A DNA stretch of 64,000 bases from positions 24,250-88,249 of the IMG/VR virus record IMGVR_UViG_3300042398_001307; one strand, 5' to 3'. Made by a program: the position numbers and the translations under genes. A model generated the notes under the pieces. The model saw only the letters and a program-made list of their open reading frames with translations. It searched no databases and was not told where the DNA came from. Origin of the DNA: a virus. Positions 49,871-62,542 of this stretch are shown piece after piece; position 1 is the stretch's first letter, and every line of letters begins with the position of its first letter.

Positions 49871-52720
49871 TTAAGCTTGCGCTTCAGTCCATGATATACG
49901 TGCGTTAATAGAATTAGTAGTTACTGATGTTATGTTAGTCGCACACAAGGTAATAATATCTGGACCATCTGGGTACACATTTAACGCAGAAGTCGGCGCG
50001 GCTAATGTATTTCCACCGCCTAAAATACTATTTCCGATATCTCTAACTGTGCTTAAGTCCTGGCCAGTAACACCTGGTGTTGTTGTGAAAAACGCGAATA
50101 CTTGTTCACCACCTGAAATAGTTTGGCCACTTGTGTGATATGCTACTTGGGCTAAACTAGAACCACCAACTCCAGCAAATGTACCACCACTAACTCGTCC
50201 ATTTAACCGTAAACTAATTAAGAAAGACATATTAGCACCAGTTGTAAAAGCACCCATTGTTCGTAGAACTAATTGCATACGATTAATAATTTCTCTATTA
50301 CCAAGAATCCCAGTTAATCCATTATCAACACTTGGTGCAACTCGAATACTAATTAATGGTTGAGTAACACCTGCACCAATATTAGAAATTGCAGTTTGCA
50401 TACCAGCAACGAATACAAATGATTTATCATCATCAAAACGTCCATCCATAATAACTGCACTACCCCAATGGCTAATCGTACTAGCCGCTTGTGGACTGTA
50501 TAGTTCTACCATAACTGGCGCGGTTGCTGAATATGTAAATGCAGTAGCTGCAGCTCCGCCCGTTTGCCCTCTTGCACTAATTGTTAATGACGTTGTTGTT
50601 TTAGAACTATATGTCATATATTCGATTGCACCACCTGTTGCAGTAGCTGCATATACGGCCACTGTACCAGATGCTGGCCATCCTGTTGTATCAGCAACCG
50701 AAATGACACCAGTAGTCGTACTAATACCCCAAGTAGCAGTTAGGTATGTTTGATATGGGATCGTATTGGTTTCATATCTAGCAGGTAAGTTACCAGACCT
50801 CATATATGCTTCTGTGTTAATATTATTGTTTGGTATTCTGTGACAATATACAACTTCTCCGCGATTGTTTTTAAAACCAAATCTAACTGCACCAGCACCA
50901 TACCATGTATAATCAATATAGAACATTTGCATTTTGGTCAAGTCTAAATTCATTAAACTGTGACCAGTTCCATCCATTTTATCAATGTTCCAGGTACTTT
51001 GTGCATATCTAGTATTAACAGTTTTACTAACAACACAGTTTGAAGTTGTCACTCCTCTGTATTCAGGATAGATATACATCTGCGTATCGCTAGTAATTAC
51101 TTGGACTAGATAACTCATTCCTCTAATAACAATAAAATCACCTGGTTTAAGTTGTGAACTAAATTTAGTACCAACCCCAACAACACTTTGACTTGATATA
51201 GTGGCTGTTACTTTTCCAGATATCTGAGCGGTACTTGATCTTTTAACTGCATATAAAGTTTGACCATCGTATTCAAAATAAAAACCATTTTGTGAGTCAA
51301 ACATTCCTATTCTATTACTACCACCATACCATGAAAATGGAGAAATATTAATAGGGAATCCGGTCGCGGTTGTTGCACTTGGCGTTGACCCAGCGGTATA
51401 CGTAAAAGTCAATGGGGTTGCAGTGGTGGCCACGGTGAAATTTCCGTTATATGCTGTTTCAACTGCACCACTGACTTTTACAACTGCTCCTGGTCGTAAC
51501 CCATGTGGATATCGTGTGGTTACAGTTACCGTAGTGCCGCTTGATGTAACTGTATCAACATACAGCACTGGCTTCATAATAGAACCAGTTGAAAACTGCA
51601 TCGCTTTGCCAGATTGGTATCTAAATTGTCTTCTAGTTTGACGAATTAACTGATATCCATGATATGGTGTTTCATTGCTAAACTGTACACCACCATCATA
51701 CGGACGATGTTCTACATATCCTAATTGTCGCGTATAAATAGAAGCATTAAGGGTAGCAGTAATTGTTCCAGTTGCAGTACATGCAAAAGTGAACGTGTTA
51801 TTTGTTGGTGTAGTTGCAACCACCCAACTACTTAGTAAAGTACCAGTCATTCCAGATACACCAACCACGAAAATACCATCACCTTGGCGAAGTCCATGTG
51901 CATTAGTAGTAGTTACAGTTGCAGTTGTTCCGTTTACTACAATCGCATTAGTAGCAGATGGAATAGCCGCACCAGAATACCAAGCACCTATATATAGATA
52001 TGTTTTAGATGCATCAAATAATGAGGCTGATGGTGTATTTGTAACAGTGAACGAAATATTAACATTTGCACTAACGGTTTCAACAACCCACCATCCATCC
52101 ACGTTTGCGGTATCTAGTGACCCGGTAATAAAAATTGGAGTACCAACTGTAATACCAGTGGTATTTGTAATCGATACAGTAACCACTTTGGCAGCGGCAG
52201 TTGCTGCGGTTATTTGGTAATTACCACTTGCTCCTACAAACGTTCCAGCCGCTACAGTATTAGAAATACCAGAAGTTGGCTCATATGATGCACTTGGGCG
52301 ATTATTAACCAACGCAAGGGTTTCCCATTTTGTTGGTTGCATCCCATATTCGAAGTCGGTATCGATTAATGATTGTGGGGTACTAACACGTAATTTATCA
52401 ACTGGATCTCTTAATGTTTCTGCAGGGACAATTTCTGTATAAGTTTCTTCTACAAGAATTGACAATTTATCAGTCGAAGTCATTGCAGCAGTATTATATG
52501 TTAAAACTAATGTAGTTGTTTCTTGACCAGTTACACTATCAGCTGCGTTTGTATAACTAGTTGCAGTCAATGCAGGGTCAGAAAAATTATAAATTACTGT
52601 ACCGGTTGTAGTATTCGTAATAAGTAATAATTGTTCTCTTCTAATATTTTTACCTGTTACTACAATCGTTTTTGTTGATGGGGTAAAAGTATAACTTTCT
52701 AATATAACGTGTTTTGCCAT
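49871..52720 (-). CDS. large Thr-rich virion structural protein
   Basis: Repeated TVTT..HGL..G..V.G beta modules; RYQSGK. Confidence 0.7.
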   Translation of the reverse strand: MAKHVILESYTFTPSTKTIVVTGKNIRREQLLLITNTTTGTVIYNFSDPALTATSYTNAADSVTGQETTTLVLTYNTAAMTSTDKLSILVEETYTEIVPAETLRDPVDKLRVSTPQSLIDTDFEYGMQPTKWETLALVNNRPSASYEPTSGISNTVAAGTFVGASGNYQITAATAAAKVVTVSITNTTGITVGTPIFITGSLDTANVDGWWVVETVSANVNISFTVTNTPSASLFDASKTYLYIGAWYSGAAIPSATNAIVVNGTTATVTTTNAHGLRQGDGIFVVGVSGMTGTLLSSWVVATTPTNNTFTFACTATGTITATLNASIYTRQLGYVEHRPYDGGVQFSNETPYHGYQLIRQTRRQFRYQSGKAMQFSTGSIMKPVLYVDTVTSSGTTVTVTTRYPHGLRPGAVVKVSGAVETAYNGNFTVATTATPLTFTYTAGSTPSATTATGFPINISPFSWYGGSNRIGMFDSQNGFYFEYDGQTLYAVKRSSTAQISGKVTATISSQSVVGVGTKFSSQLKPGDFIVIRGMSYLVQVITSDTQMYIYPEYRGVTTSNCVVSKTVNTRYAQSTWNIDKMDGTGHSLMNLDLTKMQMFYIDYTWYGAGAVRFGFKNNRGEVVYCHRIPNNNINTEAYMRSGNLPARYETNTIPYQTYLTATWGISTTTGVISVADTTGWPASGTVAVYAATATGGAIEYMTYSSKTTTSLTISARGQTGGAAATAFTYSATAPVMVELYSPQAASTISHWGSAVIMDGRFDDDKSFVFVAGMQTAISNIGAGVTQPLISIRVAPSVDNGLTGILGNREIINRMQLVLRTMGAFTTGANMSFLISLRLNGRVSGGTFAGVGGSSLAQVAYHTSGQTISGGEQVFAFFTTTPGVTGQDLSTVRDIGNSILGGGNTLAAPTSALNVYPDGPDIITLCATNITSVTTNSINARISWTEAQA

Positions 52721-52725
52721 TTTGT

Positions 52726-53190
52726 TTAATCTCCTAGTGCGATTGTAGTCGCAGTAAATGGGTATCTTGATGTTTGGACTGATGAACTTGCTTGTCTAAG
52801 TATTAATGAACTGGAATCACCGATATACGGTGCATTGTAAATAATAAGCTTACCAACGTTGGTGATTCCAGTGGTGTTGTCTGGTAGGTTGCGAACTCGA
52901 AATCCCTTAAATGAATCATATGGTGTTACCCAAGGATATGTATAGTTTGTTATATACGGTGTTAATCTTAGACCATTTATTACAACTTCTAAATCTTTTG
53001 AATCAACTATTGTGTTTACCGTTTCTTGATTTTGGCGTAAATCAAATACCGATTTCAATCCATCAAATTGTGTTGAAATATCATTTAAGATAATAGGAGT
53101 TGAACCAGACCCCGCAGGCCCAGTTGCCCCTGTTGGGCCGGTAGCCCCAGTAATACCACTCCCAGAAATTATACTTTGATATAGTGTCAT
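52726..53190 (-). CDS. structural protein with short collagen-like segment
   Basis: GATGPTGATGP; LNDISTQFDG. Confidence 0.65.
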   Translation of the reverse strand: MTLYQSIISGSGITGATGPTGATGPAGSGSTPIILNDISTQFDGLKSVFDLRQNQETVNTIVDSKDLEVVINGLRLTPYITNYTYPWVTPYDSFKGFRVRNLPDNTTGITNVGKLIIYNAPYIGDSSSLILRQASSSVQTSRYPFTATTIALGD

Positions 53191-53466
53191 GCTTGTCCCA
53201 AATTAGATAATATAATATTTATCATAATTATTATTGATAATAACACCATTCACACTTCATTAAATCACCTTATCGCTTAACGGACCTTCTGGCGTTTGTT
53301 TAACTTGTGATTTAATTTGTTCATCTAATTCTGAAATCAATTTTGCAACAGATTTATATGGCTGATCTGCCAATGCTGTAAAAATTGAATTGATTTGATT
53401 GATGTCCAAATATAATTGTATTTTATCCATTTTATTATCCTTTTGTTTAAAATTTTATTTATAATA

Positions 53467-53841
53467 TTAAACAGGCGGCTCGGAAATTTCTGCAGAAGCA
53501 ACTTGTACGGGTGACCATGGCATAGCTGTATCTATAACTGGATTAATCTTATCATTGATGTGTTTTAAAATTTGCTCGTTAACATGATCTTCGTAACTTC
53601 CGATAACGATTGATTTAATCCAATCTAGTACATTTTCTTCAGTTAATTCTGAAAATGGAACAAATGGACCTGAGTTATCAGTAGAATCTGCGGTAAATGG
53701 AGTAGCACCATTAAAGATGCCTTCATTACCATTATCATCAGTGCCAATTTTTTTCCAATAGGTTTGTACTACTACATTTGCAGTAGATCCAATTGTAGTA
53801 GTTTTTAAACTGGTTACTTCCCATGTATATGTAATTGTCAT
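53467..53841 (-). CDS. tail fibre-associated hypothetical protein
   Basis: FVPFSELTEENVLDWIK motif; downstream of the long fibre gene. Confidence 0.6.
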   Translation of the reverse strand: MTITYTWEVTSLKTTTIGSTANVVVQTYWKKIGTDDNGNEGIFNGATPFTADSTDNSGPFVPFSELTEENVLDWIKSIVIGSYEDHVNEQILKHINDKINPVIDTAMPWSPVQVASAEISEPPV

Positions 53842-53844
53842 AAT

Positions 53845-56800
53845 TTATCCTTTTAATTTAAATTGTTGAATATCTTTATCTAATTTATCGATATGCAGTT
53901 GTTGTTCTTTAATTGCTTCAATTAATACTGGAACCAATCTTGCATAATCAACGGTTAAATAATTCTCACCAGATTTTGATGTAATAATTCCATCAAATTC
54001 CGAAGTTTCCATATCAAATGGCGCTAATGATACTATTTCTGGTAATACTTGTTGCACTTCTTGTGCAGATACCCCTAACTGAATTTCTTCTTTAGAATAC
54101 CCAACTGATTTTGCTAATTCATTATTTACATATCTAAATCCATTCAATGATTTTATAATATCAATTGAATTGGATATATTTCCTAAATTAGTTTTTAATC
54201 TTTCATCAGAATAGTATGCAGTTATATTACCAGTAGCAGCAATTTCATTTGCAACATATAACGCTTTTGAATCATATATTCGAACCCAAGTGGTATCTAT
54301 TTGATAGATACCACCACCATATGAAGCATTATACCACCCGGTAGTTCCATTACTTCTAAACCATGCAGAACAACTTATTGAATTTGAAACACCAGAATCG
54401 TACCCAGTATAAATCCTACCAGCCGCACCAATCACATTTAGATACGATGAACTATTTGGGTCGCAATAATATCCAGTATTATTATAATCATAAAATATAG
54501 TTCCAGTTAAACTACTAGTCATTGTTAATGAACCAGTATAAGTTCTACCGCCAGTGCTTAAATATTCAACCCATGATGACCAGGTACCGGATGACACATT
54601 GCGCTGGCACAATCTATTTGAGTTATCTTCCCAACCCCATGCGATTTGAGTACCCCAGTAGTTACTCGTATTGGAATGTCTATAATGGTCGTAAAACCAC
54701 CAAGTACCACCTGGGCTATTAGTAACAGATGCATCATCACCGGCATGTCTCATACTCCCTGCAGGTGTATTATTGAAGTCAGTATTTAAATTACTGGAAG
54801 TGCCTGATCTAGCCCATCCATTTGGATATATTATATTAAATCTAGACCAACTAGATGGGTCGCAATAATAATATGTGTCATTACCATCATAATAAACCCC
54901 ACCATAAACAGAGTTACCCCCGAAATTACAATACCCTGAATAGTTGGATGAATCTAATACAGTTCGCCATGCTTGCCATGTCCCAGAGTTTTTACCACGA
55001 ATAGCAATCTGCCCCGTTCTGAAATCTCCGTTTATTTGATGTTGCCAATCTGAACTGAATGTTGAACAGTAAACCCCACCATCTGTTTGCCCGAATAATG
55101 TATAGCCTGTGGAATACCCAATACCATTAGTCGCTTGGGTGTCAACAACAAAACTAGAAGTACTATTTGAATTTTTAAAAGCTATACCATCTATATTGTC
55201 TGCACTTGTAGCAGTAGCAGCATTACCTGTACAAGAAGCAGAAGAACCTGTTACTGATATACCCCAAGAACCAGAAGCACCTGTACCAGTTAGAGATGGA
55301 GCATAGGAGTTGTAGTTATCACTAGCTAATAGCGTTTTCCATGATGTCCAAGAGTTTCCACTCGAAACGTCATAATTACCAAAACGAACTTGTAATCCAG
55401 TACCACCATAAGTAGGACTGTAAGGAACATATAACTGTAATGCACCACCACCACCGCTATATGTATTCATCGTCATCACAGAACCGTAGTTTTGAAATCC
55501 TTGTGATGACGAAACAAATGACGATTGAATGCCTGAGTTATAACCAGTTGGTAGTGTAGATGCACTCCAAACATAGTTACTTAAAGCAGAAAGCAACGGA
55601 GAAGAAGCAGAAGATCCTGATACTGAGCCCGAAATGGTGTTTGAAACAGTTAATCCAACAAAATTAGATGTACTTGCTGGATCTACATAATATGCAGTAT
55701 TACTTCCATCATAAAAAACCCCAGCATATAAATTCCCAGTAGAACCACCGCCATTCGCACCATATAATGGTATTGAATACCAAGAATTCCACGTTGAATC
55801 AATACCTTTCCTAATATTAAGCCACGGATATCCAGTGCCATTTGTTGCCGTTGAACCAAATGCTAATTGATATGACGCATCACCTGTACTAGCAGTTGTA
55901 CCAGTCCATGGAGCGTATGTCATAACACCTGCATAATTTCCACTAGTACCAGTTGTACTTGCATTAGCAAAATCAAATCTTACTGCTTGTGGGGTAGTAG
56001 TTGGTAATTTTTCAGCAGCATTTCTGTTAACACTATCCACTGAAGCAATATAGGTAGCCGTTCCGCTAGTCGGCCCAGTTGCCCCTTGAGGACCAGCCGC
56101 ACCAGTAGCACCTTGTGGACCTGCAACCGTTGATGCCGCACCAGTAGCGCCCTGTGGACCTGATACACCAGTAGCACCAGTAGCACCAATAGAGCCAGAT
56201 AAGGTAGATGGTGTTATATCTAAGTATGTACCGGTCGGTGCGGTTACTATATTTCCATTATGTGTCCAAGAAGTACCTGATGGAAGTTCAACACTATAGA
56301 ATGACCCAGCCGTGCTATTACCTGTGTAATTAGAAAAATTGCCATATATAGCAAATACGGTGGCTGATACCATCAAAACTCTTATGAAGGATGGTGCTAC
56401 ACTCGAACCGCTTAATGCAGTATTTCTATATGCGGTTCCATCACCATAAAATGCACCGCCACCAGTGCCGGTCTGCGAATTAGTTCCGTTCGATGTTTTA
56501 AAAAATAATTCAGTATATTGATTTTGTGATGTTTGTGCATTATAACCGGAACCAGATGTGATCCGCATTAACAATTTTGCGCCAGTTTGTGTAGTAGTCC
56601 ATGTACCCATTAATATATAAGATGCAGTGGCACCAGTTTCTGGAAGAGAAAATGTTGTTAAGCCACTCGGACCAGTAGCACCGGTTGCACCTGGATTTCC
56701 ATTTGCGCCAACGCCGGTAGCACCTTGTGGACCAGTGGCACCAACTGCACCAGTGACAGTAATATTCCATGATGCATATGTACCGGAACCACCAATGTAA

Positions 56801-59715
56801 TCAACATTTACAGTTAATGAGGTTCCACTAAATGCGGTAATTGATCCCTCCATAAAATTAGCTGGTGTGGTAGTATATGATACTCGCACCCTGTTTCCAA
56901 CTGCAAATGCAGTGCTAGTTGCAGCTAAGTTAGTAGTAAATGCTTTAGAACCAGTTCCAATTAAAAATGAGGTAGAAGATGTTAATCCATTATAACCAAG
57001 TCCAGTAGCACCAGGTGAACCAACACCAGTGGCACCAGTAGCACCAATAGTACCAACACCAGTTGCACCAGTAGCACCAATAGTACCAACACCAGTGGCA
57101 CCAGTCGCACCAATGGTACCAACACCAGTCGCACCAGTCGCACCAATGGTACCAACACCAGTTGCACCAGTCGCACCGGGATTTCCATTTGCGCCAACGC
57201 CAGTGGCACCTTGCGGACCTGTTGCACCGATTAATCCAGTGTCAGTTATATTCCATGTTGCATATGTACCAGATCCAACAACATAATCAACTGTTACAGT
57301 TAATGTGTTTGCAGTAAATGCTGATATAAATCCTTCCATGAAATTAGAAATGTTATAGGTTGCCCGAACTCTATTACCAACTGTAAATGCAGAACTAGTA
57401 GCAGCTAAATTTGTAGTAAATGCCTTAGAACCAGTTCCAATTAAAAATGAAGTAGTAGATGTTAATCCATAATACCCAACACCAGTAGCACCAGCACCAG
57501 TAGCACCAGTAGCACCCGGATTACCTGTTACACCTGTAGCACCTGTTGCACCAGCGCCAGTAGCACCTGGATTACCGGTTACACCTGTAGCACCAGTAGC
57601 ACCAACAGTACCAACCCCAGTAGCACCAGTAGCACCTGGATTACCTGTTACACCTGTAGCACCTGTGGCACCAGCCGTACCAGCACCAGTAGCACCAGTA
57701 GCACCCGGATTACCTGTTACACCTGTAGCACCTGTGGCCCCCGATGTTCCCTGTGGACCGGCAGTGGAATATATTTGCCAAGTTGAACCATCGTGAACCA
57801 TAGTTACTGAACTGTGGCCAATATTTAAATTTAATACATCATTAACGCCAGCAATCGTTGCACCATTATTATTAATTACTAGGTTATTTGTATTCCAATT
57901 ACCACCATCAACGAATGCAACTGCAAATCCCAATGTTGGGCTTGCTGGGAGAGTTATAGTAAATGAACCACTGGTAGTATTTGCAATAATTTGATCACCA
58001 TTTACAGCTGTATAATTTGCAGTTTTGATAATCCATGGTTTCATCGCACCAGTAGCACCTGGATTACCTGTTACGCCTGTAGCACCGGTTGCACCTGGAT
58101 TACCGGTTACACCTGTAGCACCGGTTGCACCTGGATTACCGGTTACACCTGTAGCACCGGTTGCACCTGGATTACCGGTTACGCCTGTAGCACCTGTTGC
58201 ACCATCATTTCCTGTTAATCCAGTAGCACCCGTTGCACCGAGCCCACCTGCGGCCCAAGATACCGTAGATCCATTTGTTGTTAAATATTTTCCATTTTGT
58301 CCAGTAACTGAGGGTATGCCAACAGCTTGTGTCACACCATCTGGGAATCTAACACCAGTCGTTGTTTCGATAGTACCACTCACCAATAATTTAGAATTAT
58401 TGGTATTTGTAGTAGTACCAATCAATACATTTCCTAGTGCTCTAACTTGTTGGAACCAATCTATTGCTGTACCAACTGCTGCGGTATAAGTGGCAATACC
58501 AACACTACCCACGGCACTACCGTCATAATAAGTGGCAGCATTAATGCCATTATTTTCAGTATACAATTGAACAGAAATTAAATATTCTTGATATAGCTGC
58601 TCATTAGCTACTTGTATTTCATAATTACCTGTGCTTAATTTAACAGCTCTAATATGACTCGCTGGCCCGCTGATATAACAGGAATCTGGGGTATCTTGGA
58701 CAATACCTTCAGTTCTAACACACGCTGCATAATAAGTATATTTGTCTGGATTTATACTTATCGAGATGCCATGATTAGCATTTGGATCAACTATATCAAT
58801 TTTATATGCAGCAGATACATAAGAACCTGTACCTAATGATACCGTAAATAATTTACGCCATGAACCAGCAGGGTCGCCCAAAAAATCCAATTTTGTTTGA
58901 TAAATCGGTGTGCCGTTAGAACCTAATTGCATTCCTTGATTAGCAATAGTTTTACCTAATGCCCCTTGGACTGCACTGCCTAATGTTATATTATTAGTCG
59001 AACCACTAGTTCCATTTGTCCCTATAACAATACTTTTAGTGGTACCATTGGTAGTTGCCCCGGTACCAATGTTTAAAGTTTGTGTTTCTGTTGTTGAACC
59101 CACTGTTATAGTAGAAGACCCTGTTCCACCGCCAGTAGTACCACCAATATTAATAATAGTAATTGAACCACTAACACCATTAACACCCATATTGATAGTT
59201 TTAGTCGTGCCATTAGTAGTTGCACCAGTTCCAAGATTTAATGTCTGTGCACTGGTTGATTGACCAACAGTAATAGCACCAGTTTGAGTCGTTCCTCCGA
59301 TTAGGGTTGTTCCAGTGGTTGCTGCAGTTCCAAGTGTCGTTGCAGTAGTTGTTGCACCAGATAATGATATTATGGAAGATGCAGAAAGGGTCCCGCCTAC
59401 TGTAACACCGATACCGGACGCAGTGGTGACAGTGGTTCCATTGAATGTTAAACCGGCATCTGTTGTAACAATACCAGACCCGTTCAGGTATAGTATTCCA
59501 TTGTTAGTACCAGAAATAACCGATAATGTTCCAGATGGTATATTAACAGTCCCAGTGCCTTTTGGGTTTAAAATTATACTTATATTGGCATCGGTTCCCA
59601 ATGCGTTGATTTGAACCGCATTGCCAGTAGAGTTTCCTAGGAGTTGTAAATAGTTTGCATTGGCAGTACCTGATAGTACACCATTTCTAGCGTTGAATTC
59701 TTTGTTTGTTGACAT
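53845..59715 (-). CDS. long tail fibre with collagen-like repeats and C-terminal S74 intramolecular chaperone
   Basis: G-X-Y runs, YYCDP repeats, [37 protein letters not shown]. Confidence 0.88.
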   Translation of the reverse strand: MSTNKEFNARNGVLSGTANANYLQLLGNSTGNAVQINALGTDANISIILNPKGTGTVNIPSGTLSVISGTNNGILYLNGSGIVTTDAGLTFNGTTVTTASGIGVTVGGTLSASSIISLSGATTTATTLGTAATTGTTLIGGTTQTGAITVGQSTSAQTLNLGTGATTNGTTKTINMGVNGVSGSITIINIGGTTGGGTGSSTITVGSTTETQTLNIGTGATTNGTTKSIVIGTNGTSGSTNNITLGSAVQGALGKTIANQGMQLGSNGTPIYQTKLDFLGDPAGSWRKLFTVSLGTGSYVSAAYKIDIVDPNANHGISISINPDKYTYYAACVRTEGIVQDTPDSCYISGPASHIRAVKLSTGNYEIQVANEQLYQEYLISVQLYTENNGINAATYYDGSAVGSVGIATYTAAVGTAIDWFQQVRALGNVLIGTTTNTNNSKLLVSGTIETTTGVRFPDGVTQAVGIPSVTGQNGKYLTTNGSTVSWAAGGLGATGATGLTGNDGATGATGVTGNPGATGATGVTGNPGATGATGVTGNPGATGATGVTGNPGATGAMKPWIIKTANYTAVNGDQIIANTTSGSFTITLPASPTLGFAVAFVDGGNWNTNNLVINNNGATIAGVNDVLNLNIGHSSVTMVHDGSTWQIYSTAGPQGTSGATGATGVTGNPGATGATGAGTAGATGATGVTGNPGATGATGVGTVGATGATGVTGNPGATGAGATGATGVTGNPGATGATGAGATGVGYYGLTSTTSFLIGTGSKAFTTNLAATSSAFTVGNRVRATYNISNFMEGFISAFTANTLTVTVDYVVGSGTYATWNITDTGLIGATGPQGATGVGANGNPGATGATGVGTIGATGATGVGTIGATGATGVGTIGATGATGVGTIGATGATGVGSPGATGLGYNGLTSSTSFLIGTGSKAFTTNLAATSTAFAVGNRVRVSYTTTPANFMEGSITAFSGTSLTVNVDYIGGSGTYASWNITVTGAVGATGPQGATGVGANGNPGATGATGPSGLTTFSLPETGATASYILMGTWTTTQTGAKLLMRITSGSGYNAQTSQNQYTELFFKTSNGTNSQTGTGGGAFYGDGTAYRNTALSGSSVAPSFIRVLMVSATVFAIYGNFSNYTGNSTAGSFYSVELPSGTSWTHNGNIVTAPTGTYLDITPSTLSGSIGATGATGVSGPQGATGAASTVAGPQGATGAAGPQGATGPTSGTATYIASVDSVNRNAAEKLPTTTPQAVRFDFANASTTGTSGNYAGVMTYAPWTGTTASTGDASYQLAFGSTATNGTGYPWLNIRKGIDSTWNSWYSIPLYGANGGGSTGNLYAGVFYDGSNTAYYVDPASTSNFVGLTVSNTISGSVSGSSASSPLLSALSNYVWSASTLPTGYNSGIQSSFVSSSQGFQNYGSVMTMNTYSGGGGALQLYVPYSPTYGGTGLQVRFGNYDVSSGNSWTSWKTLLASDNYNSYAPSLTGTGASGSWGISVTGSSASCTGNAATATSADNIDGIAFKNSNSTSSFVVDTQATNGIGYSTGYTLFGQTDGGVYCSTFSSDWQHQINGDFRTGQIAIRGKNSGTWQAWRTVLDSSNYSGYCNFGGNSVYGGVYYDGNDTYYYCDPSSWSRFNIIYPNGWARSGTSSNLNTDFNNTPAGSMRHAGDDASVTNSPGGTWWFYDHYRHSNTSNYWGTQIAWGWEDNSNRLCQRNVSSGTWSSWVEYLSTGGRTYTGSLTMTSSLTGTIFYDYNNTGYYCDPNSSSYLNVIGAAGRIYTGYDSGVSNSISCSAWFRSNGTTGWYNASYGGGIYQIDTTWVRIYDSKALYVANEIAATGNITAYYSDERLKTNLGNISNSIDIIKSLNGFRYVNNELAKSVGYSKEEIQLGVSAQEVQQVLPEIVSLAPFDMETSEFDGIITSKSGENYLTVDYARLVPVLIEAIKEQQLHIDKLDKDIQQFKLKG
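57003..58205 (-). repeat. coding tandem repeats (36-bp [12 protein letters not shown] and 33-bp [11 protein letters not shown] units)
   Basis: Near-identical nucleotide repeats at about 58047-58203, 57480-57740 and 57003-57180. Confidence 0.85.
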
Positions 59716-59794
59716 CCGTTTCCCTATCCACGAAAATATCTAACTAAGTTAGTTAATATATTTATCTGTTTAAATAAGAAACGTAAAAATACGA

Positions 59795-59818
59795 AAAAGC
59801 CCTCGAAGAGGGCTTTTG
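59795..59818. terminator. bidirectional-type intrinsic terminator
   Basis: AAAAGCCCT-CGAAG-AGGGCTTTT. Confidence 0.75.
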
Positions 59819-60112
59819 TTAATCGAAAGTATCTGGTGATGCTGTTATGATGTGTGCAGTATACGGACTATCACCAACTTCATCATCTAACCTTGCAACA
59901 CCACGGTTGTTGGCAAATTTGGTAGGTGAAGCTGTTATAATCACTGCTTCGTGACCACAATCTGCTTTTACTTTATCACCTAACCTTGCTACACCGCGAT
60001 TGTTTGTTATCACATCGGCTGATGCTGAAATGATTTTCCCACCAATATTACCACCATGCACTGAACAACTTCCCATGGTTTGATCATCTAATCTTGCTAC
60101 GCCACGGCTCAT
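59819..60112 (-). CDS. PAAR-like spike tip protein
   Basis: Three GVARL(D/G)D repeats with Cys/His ligands. Confidence 0.85.
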   Translation of the reverse strand: MSRGVARLDDQTMGSCSVHGGNIGGKIISASADVITNNRGVARLGDKVKADCGHEAVIITASPTKFANNRGVARLDDEVGDSPYTAHIITASPDTFD

Positions 60113-60780
60113 GCTAATGCAGCCTCTATATCAGCCACAATTGCTCCGAAGCTATCGGTAACGCTTGCACCAACACTTGCAAATGACGAAGGAATTGCAT
60201 CAGCTACTGCATTTGCACCATCCGTTAATGCTGACGCTGCTGATGCAACTCCATCCGCTACGAACGAGTTTACCGAGTCCATCGCACTTGACACCCCAGC
60301 GCCTAATGAAGATGCAATATTTTGAACACCTTTACATGATAATGCACTTAAATTTATTCCGCTAATAGCATTAGCAAGTTTGGTTTTAAATTCATTTAGT
60401 TTATTACCGATTGCGGTAACCATATCACTTATACTTGATGCAAGACTACTTAATGCATTACTTAATGAATTTTTTAAGTTATTGATTGCATTGGTGATAG
60501 AAGCCAGTGCTGATGATGCTAGGTCCGCAAGTTTGCTAATAGCTTTGTTAATACTAGTCATTACACTGTTGATAGCTTTTGAAATTTCACCAACTATTTT
60601 CATTGCTTGCTGAACTGCACGTTCGGCAGCTTTAGCAATTGCCTCGGCTGCACTATCAAACATACTACCCATTGTACCAAACAGATCACACGCACTACCA
60701 GATAGTTTCACCATATCATTGAGTGATCCTTTTATTGATGCCGATAATGCTGTTAATTCTGAAGGTATTTCTATGGTCAT
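60109..60780 (-). CDS. Ala/Ser-rich helical protein
   Basis: ORF composition. Confidence 0.65.
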   Translation of the reverse strand: MTIEIPSELTALSASIKGSLNDMVKLSGSACDLFGTMGSMFDSAAEAIAKAAERAVQQAMKIVGEISKAINSVMTSINKAISKLADLASSALASITNAINNLKNSLSNALSSLASSISDMVTAIGNKLNEFKTKLANAISGINLSALSCKGVQNIASSLGAGVSSAMDSVNSFVADGVASAASALTDGANAVADAIPSSFASVGASVTDSFGAIVADIEAALA

Positions 60781-61067
60781 ACTAATTGAATTCCTGTTGT
60801 TCCAGATATATATTGGCTGGCATAATCTGATTCAGATATTTCAATAACAACGATAGAAGCTCTATACATTTTTATATCTTTATCTGGATCAACTGTAAAT
60901 AAATATGGTGCCAACCCAATGCCACCTTGTGCTGAAGTTAATACACGTGGTTTAGATACTTTTATGTATATATCATTTTCTTCAACTAATTTAGCAATTA
61001 CTTCTTCACCAGAAGATAATTTAATGGTGATTACATCACCTACTGATAGTCCTTTTTCTATAATCAT
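60777..61067 (-). CDS. hypothetical protein (Sm-like fold possible)
   Basis: TIKLSSGEEVIAK..YISGTTGI. Confidence 0.65.
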   Translation of the reverse strand: MIIEKGLSVGDVITIKLSSGEEVIAKLVEENDIYIKVSKPRVLTSAQGGIGLAPYLFTVDPDKDIKMYRASIVVIEISESDYASQYISGTTGIQLV

Positions 61068-61312
61068 ACTGCCTCTTGTAAATAATTTCTTAATTCTGTG
61101 AATCCACCAATATAGTTATCATTGATGAAAATTTGTGGAACGGTTCTTGCAGTTGGAACAACTTCTAATAATTGTTCTCTTGACCAAACTCCTGATGCTA
61201 AGTTACGTTCTTCGTAATCGATACCGTTGGCTTTTAATAATGATTTAGCTTGTTCACAAAATGTGCAATTCACATTGCTCCAAATAATTGCTGATTTTAC
61301 GGTATCTGACAT
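61064..61312 (-). CDS. glutaredoxin
   Basis: CTFC, TVPQIFI, IGGF. Confidence 0.92.
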   Translation of the reverse strand: MSDTVKSAIIWSNVNCTFCEQAKSLLKANGIDYEERNLASGVWSREQLLEVVPTARTVPQIFINDNYIGGFTELRNYLQEAV

Positions 61313-61476
61313 GTTATGCTTTCTCTACTTCTACGATTACCGTGCTACCAACTAATTCTTGAACGATTGATTCAACCGTTGCCTCAAAGTCATCACCTAC
61401 TAATGGTGCAACTGCATCACCTTTAACTAACTTGCTTAGTTTGATTACTACTACTTCTTCTTGAATTTGTGCCATT

Positions 61477-61920
61477 CTATTTTCCTATGTTATATGTTTG
61501 TTGGAATATGTCTTTCTTGACAACTCCGTAATCATTATCACCATGTCTAACGATTACATCTTCTCCTGCTTTATAATGCAATGGTTCACCCCATGATGTG
61601 TCTACAACACCGTCATGATCAGCCATCTTTGCAATTTTAATGATTTTCTTTGGAACACAAGTTCCATCACCATTATCATCTTTCAATTCATTAAACTTTT
61701 CAGGAGGCATACTATATTGTTCACCTTTCGGACCAGTGAGTATATACCATCCTTTTTTATAATGCTGAGGTTTCCCATTACTTTCTAATGTATCAATGGT
61801 TCCAGGTTTATCAGCAATTTCATAATGTTCTGGATTACCTTTTTTATAAGTTTCAAATGAATCGGTTTTAAACCAATTATCGGTGATACCTTCTGAAACT
61901 ATATTAATTAAATCTCTCAT
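61477..61920 (-). CDS. hypothetical protein (PGDYG-like duplicated domain)
   Basis: Two T(L/S)(E/W)..Y..G..I units; start MRDLINIVSEG. Confidence 0.6.
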   Translation of the reverse strand: MRDLINIVSEGITDNWFKTDSFETYKKGNPEHYEIADKPGTIDTLESNGKPQHYKKGWYILTGPKGEQYSMPPEKFNELKDDNGDGTCVPKKIIKIAKMADHDGVVDTSWGEPLHYKAGEDVIVRHGDNDYGVVKKDIFQQTYNIGK

Positions 61921-61982
61921 TCTCATCCTTATCAACTGATTGGAATATGATTATACACCATATTCCAACGTTTGTCAATTAC

Positions 61983-62534
61983 TTATGCATTTTTAAACGC
62001 ATCGATTTTTGCTTTAATTCGATCCCATCGTGAAGGTTTTGCTTCTAGATAACTAACCGAAAGATCTCTGAACTTCATAAGTTCTTCACGATCTATACGT
62101 TGTCGTTCTAGATTACGTTCTTCAACAGAGCCGTGGTGATGTGGCATAGGCCGTAGCTCAGGTTTTGGACTACCTGCTATACTACAAACCGGTGCATTAA
62201 TTTTGGTGATTGTATATTCACGTATGTTTTTCGCTAATGATTTTGAAATCGATCTAGGTTTATCAAAAAAATCAGCTACTGCAAACATAAATTTTACAGT
62301 TCTACAATTATATTTGTCTTCAACTGCATTGATATGCCCAGTAATAGCTTTCATTTCAACGGCCCATTTATCAAGGTCTCGATCCTTCATTGCTTCGTAT
62401 TTTTTAACTTCCGCTTGTTCTTTTAAAAGTTGTGCTTCTAGCAACGGTTTATGATGTTCTTTAAGATCGGGATCTTTTAATTCTTCTTCTAACTTTTTAA
62501 CTTTATCTTTTGCTTTTTCTAACAAATAACTCAT
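61983..62534 (-). CDS. hypothetical protein
   Basis: 183 aa ORF with GAGG RBS. Confidence 0.6.
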   Translation of the reverse strand: MSYLLEKAKDKVKKLEEELKDPDLKEHHKPLLEAQLLKEQAEVKKYEAMKDRDLDKWAVEMKAITGHINAVEDKYNCRTVKFMFAVADFFDKPRSISKSLAKNIREYTITKINAPVCSIAGSPKPELRPMPHHHGSVEERNLERQRIDREELMKFRDLSVSYLEAKPSRWDRIKAKIDAFKNA

Positions 62535-62542
62535 AATTTACC

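Noticed and set aside
57029-58489. Plus-strand PVAPVAP ORFs
   Set aside because: Antisense shadows of the collagen-like repeats
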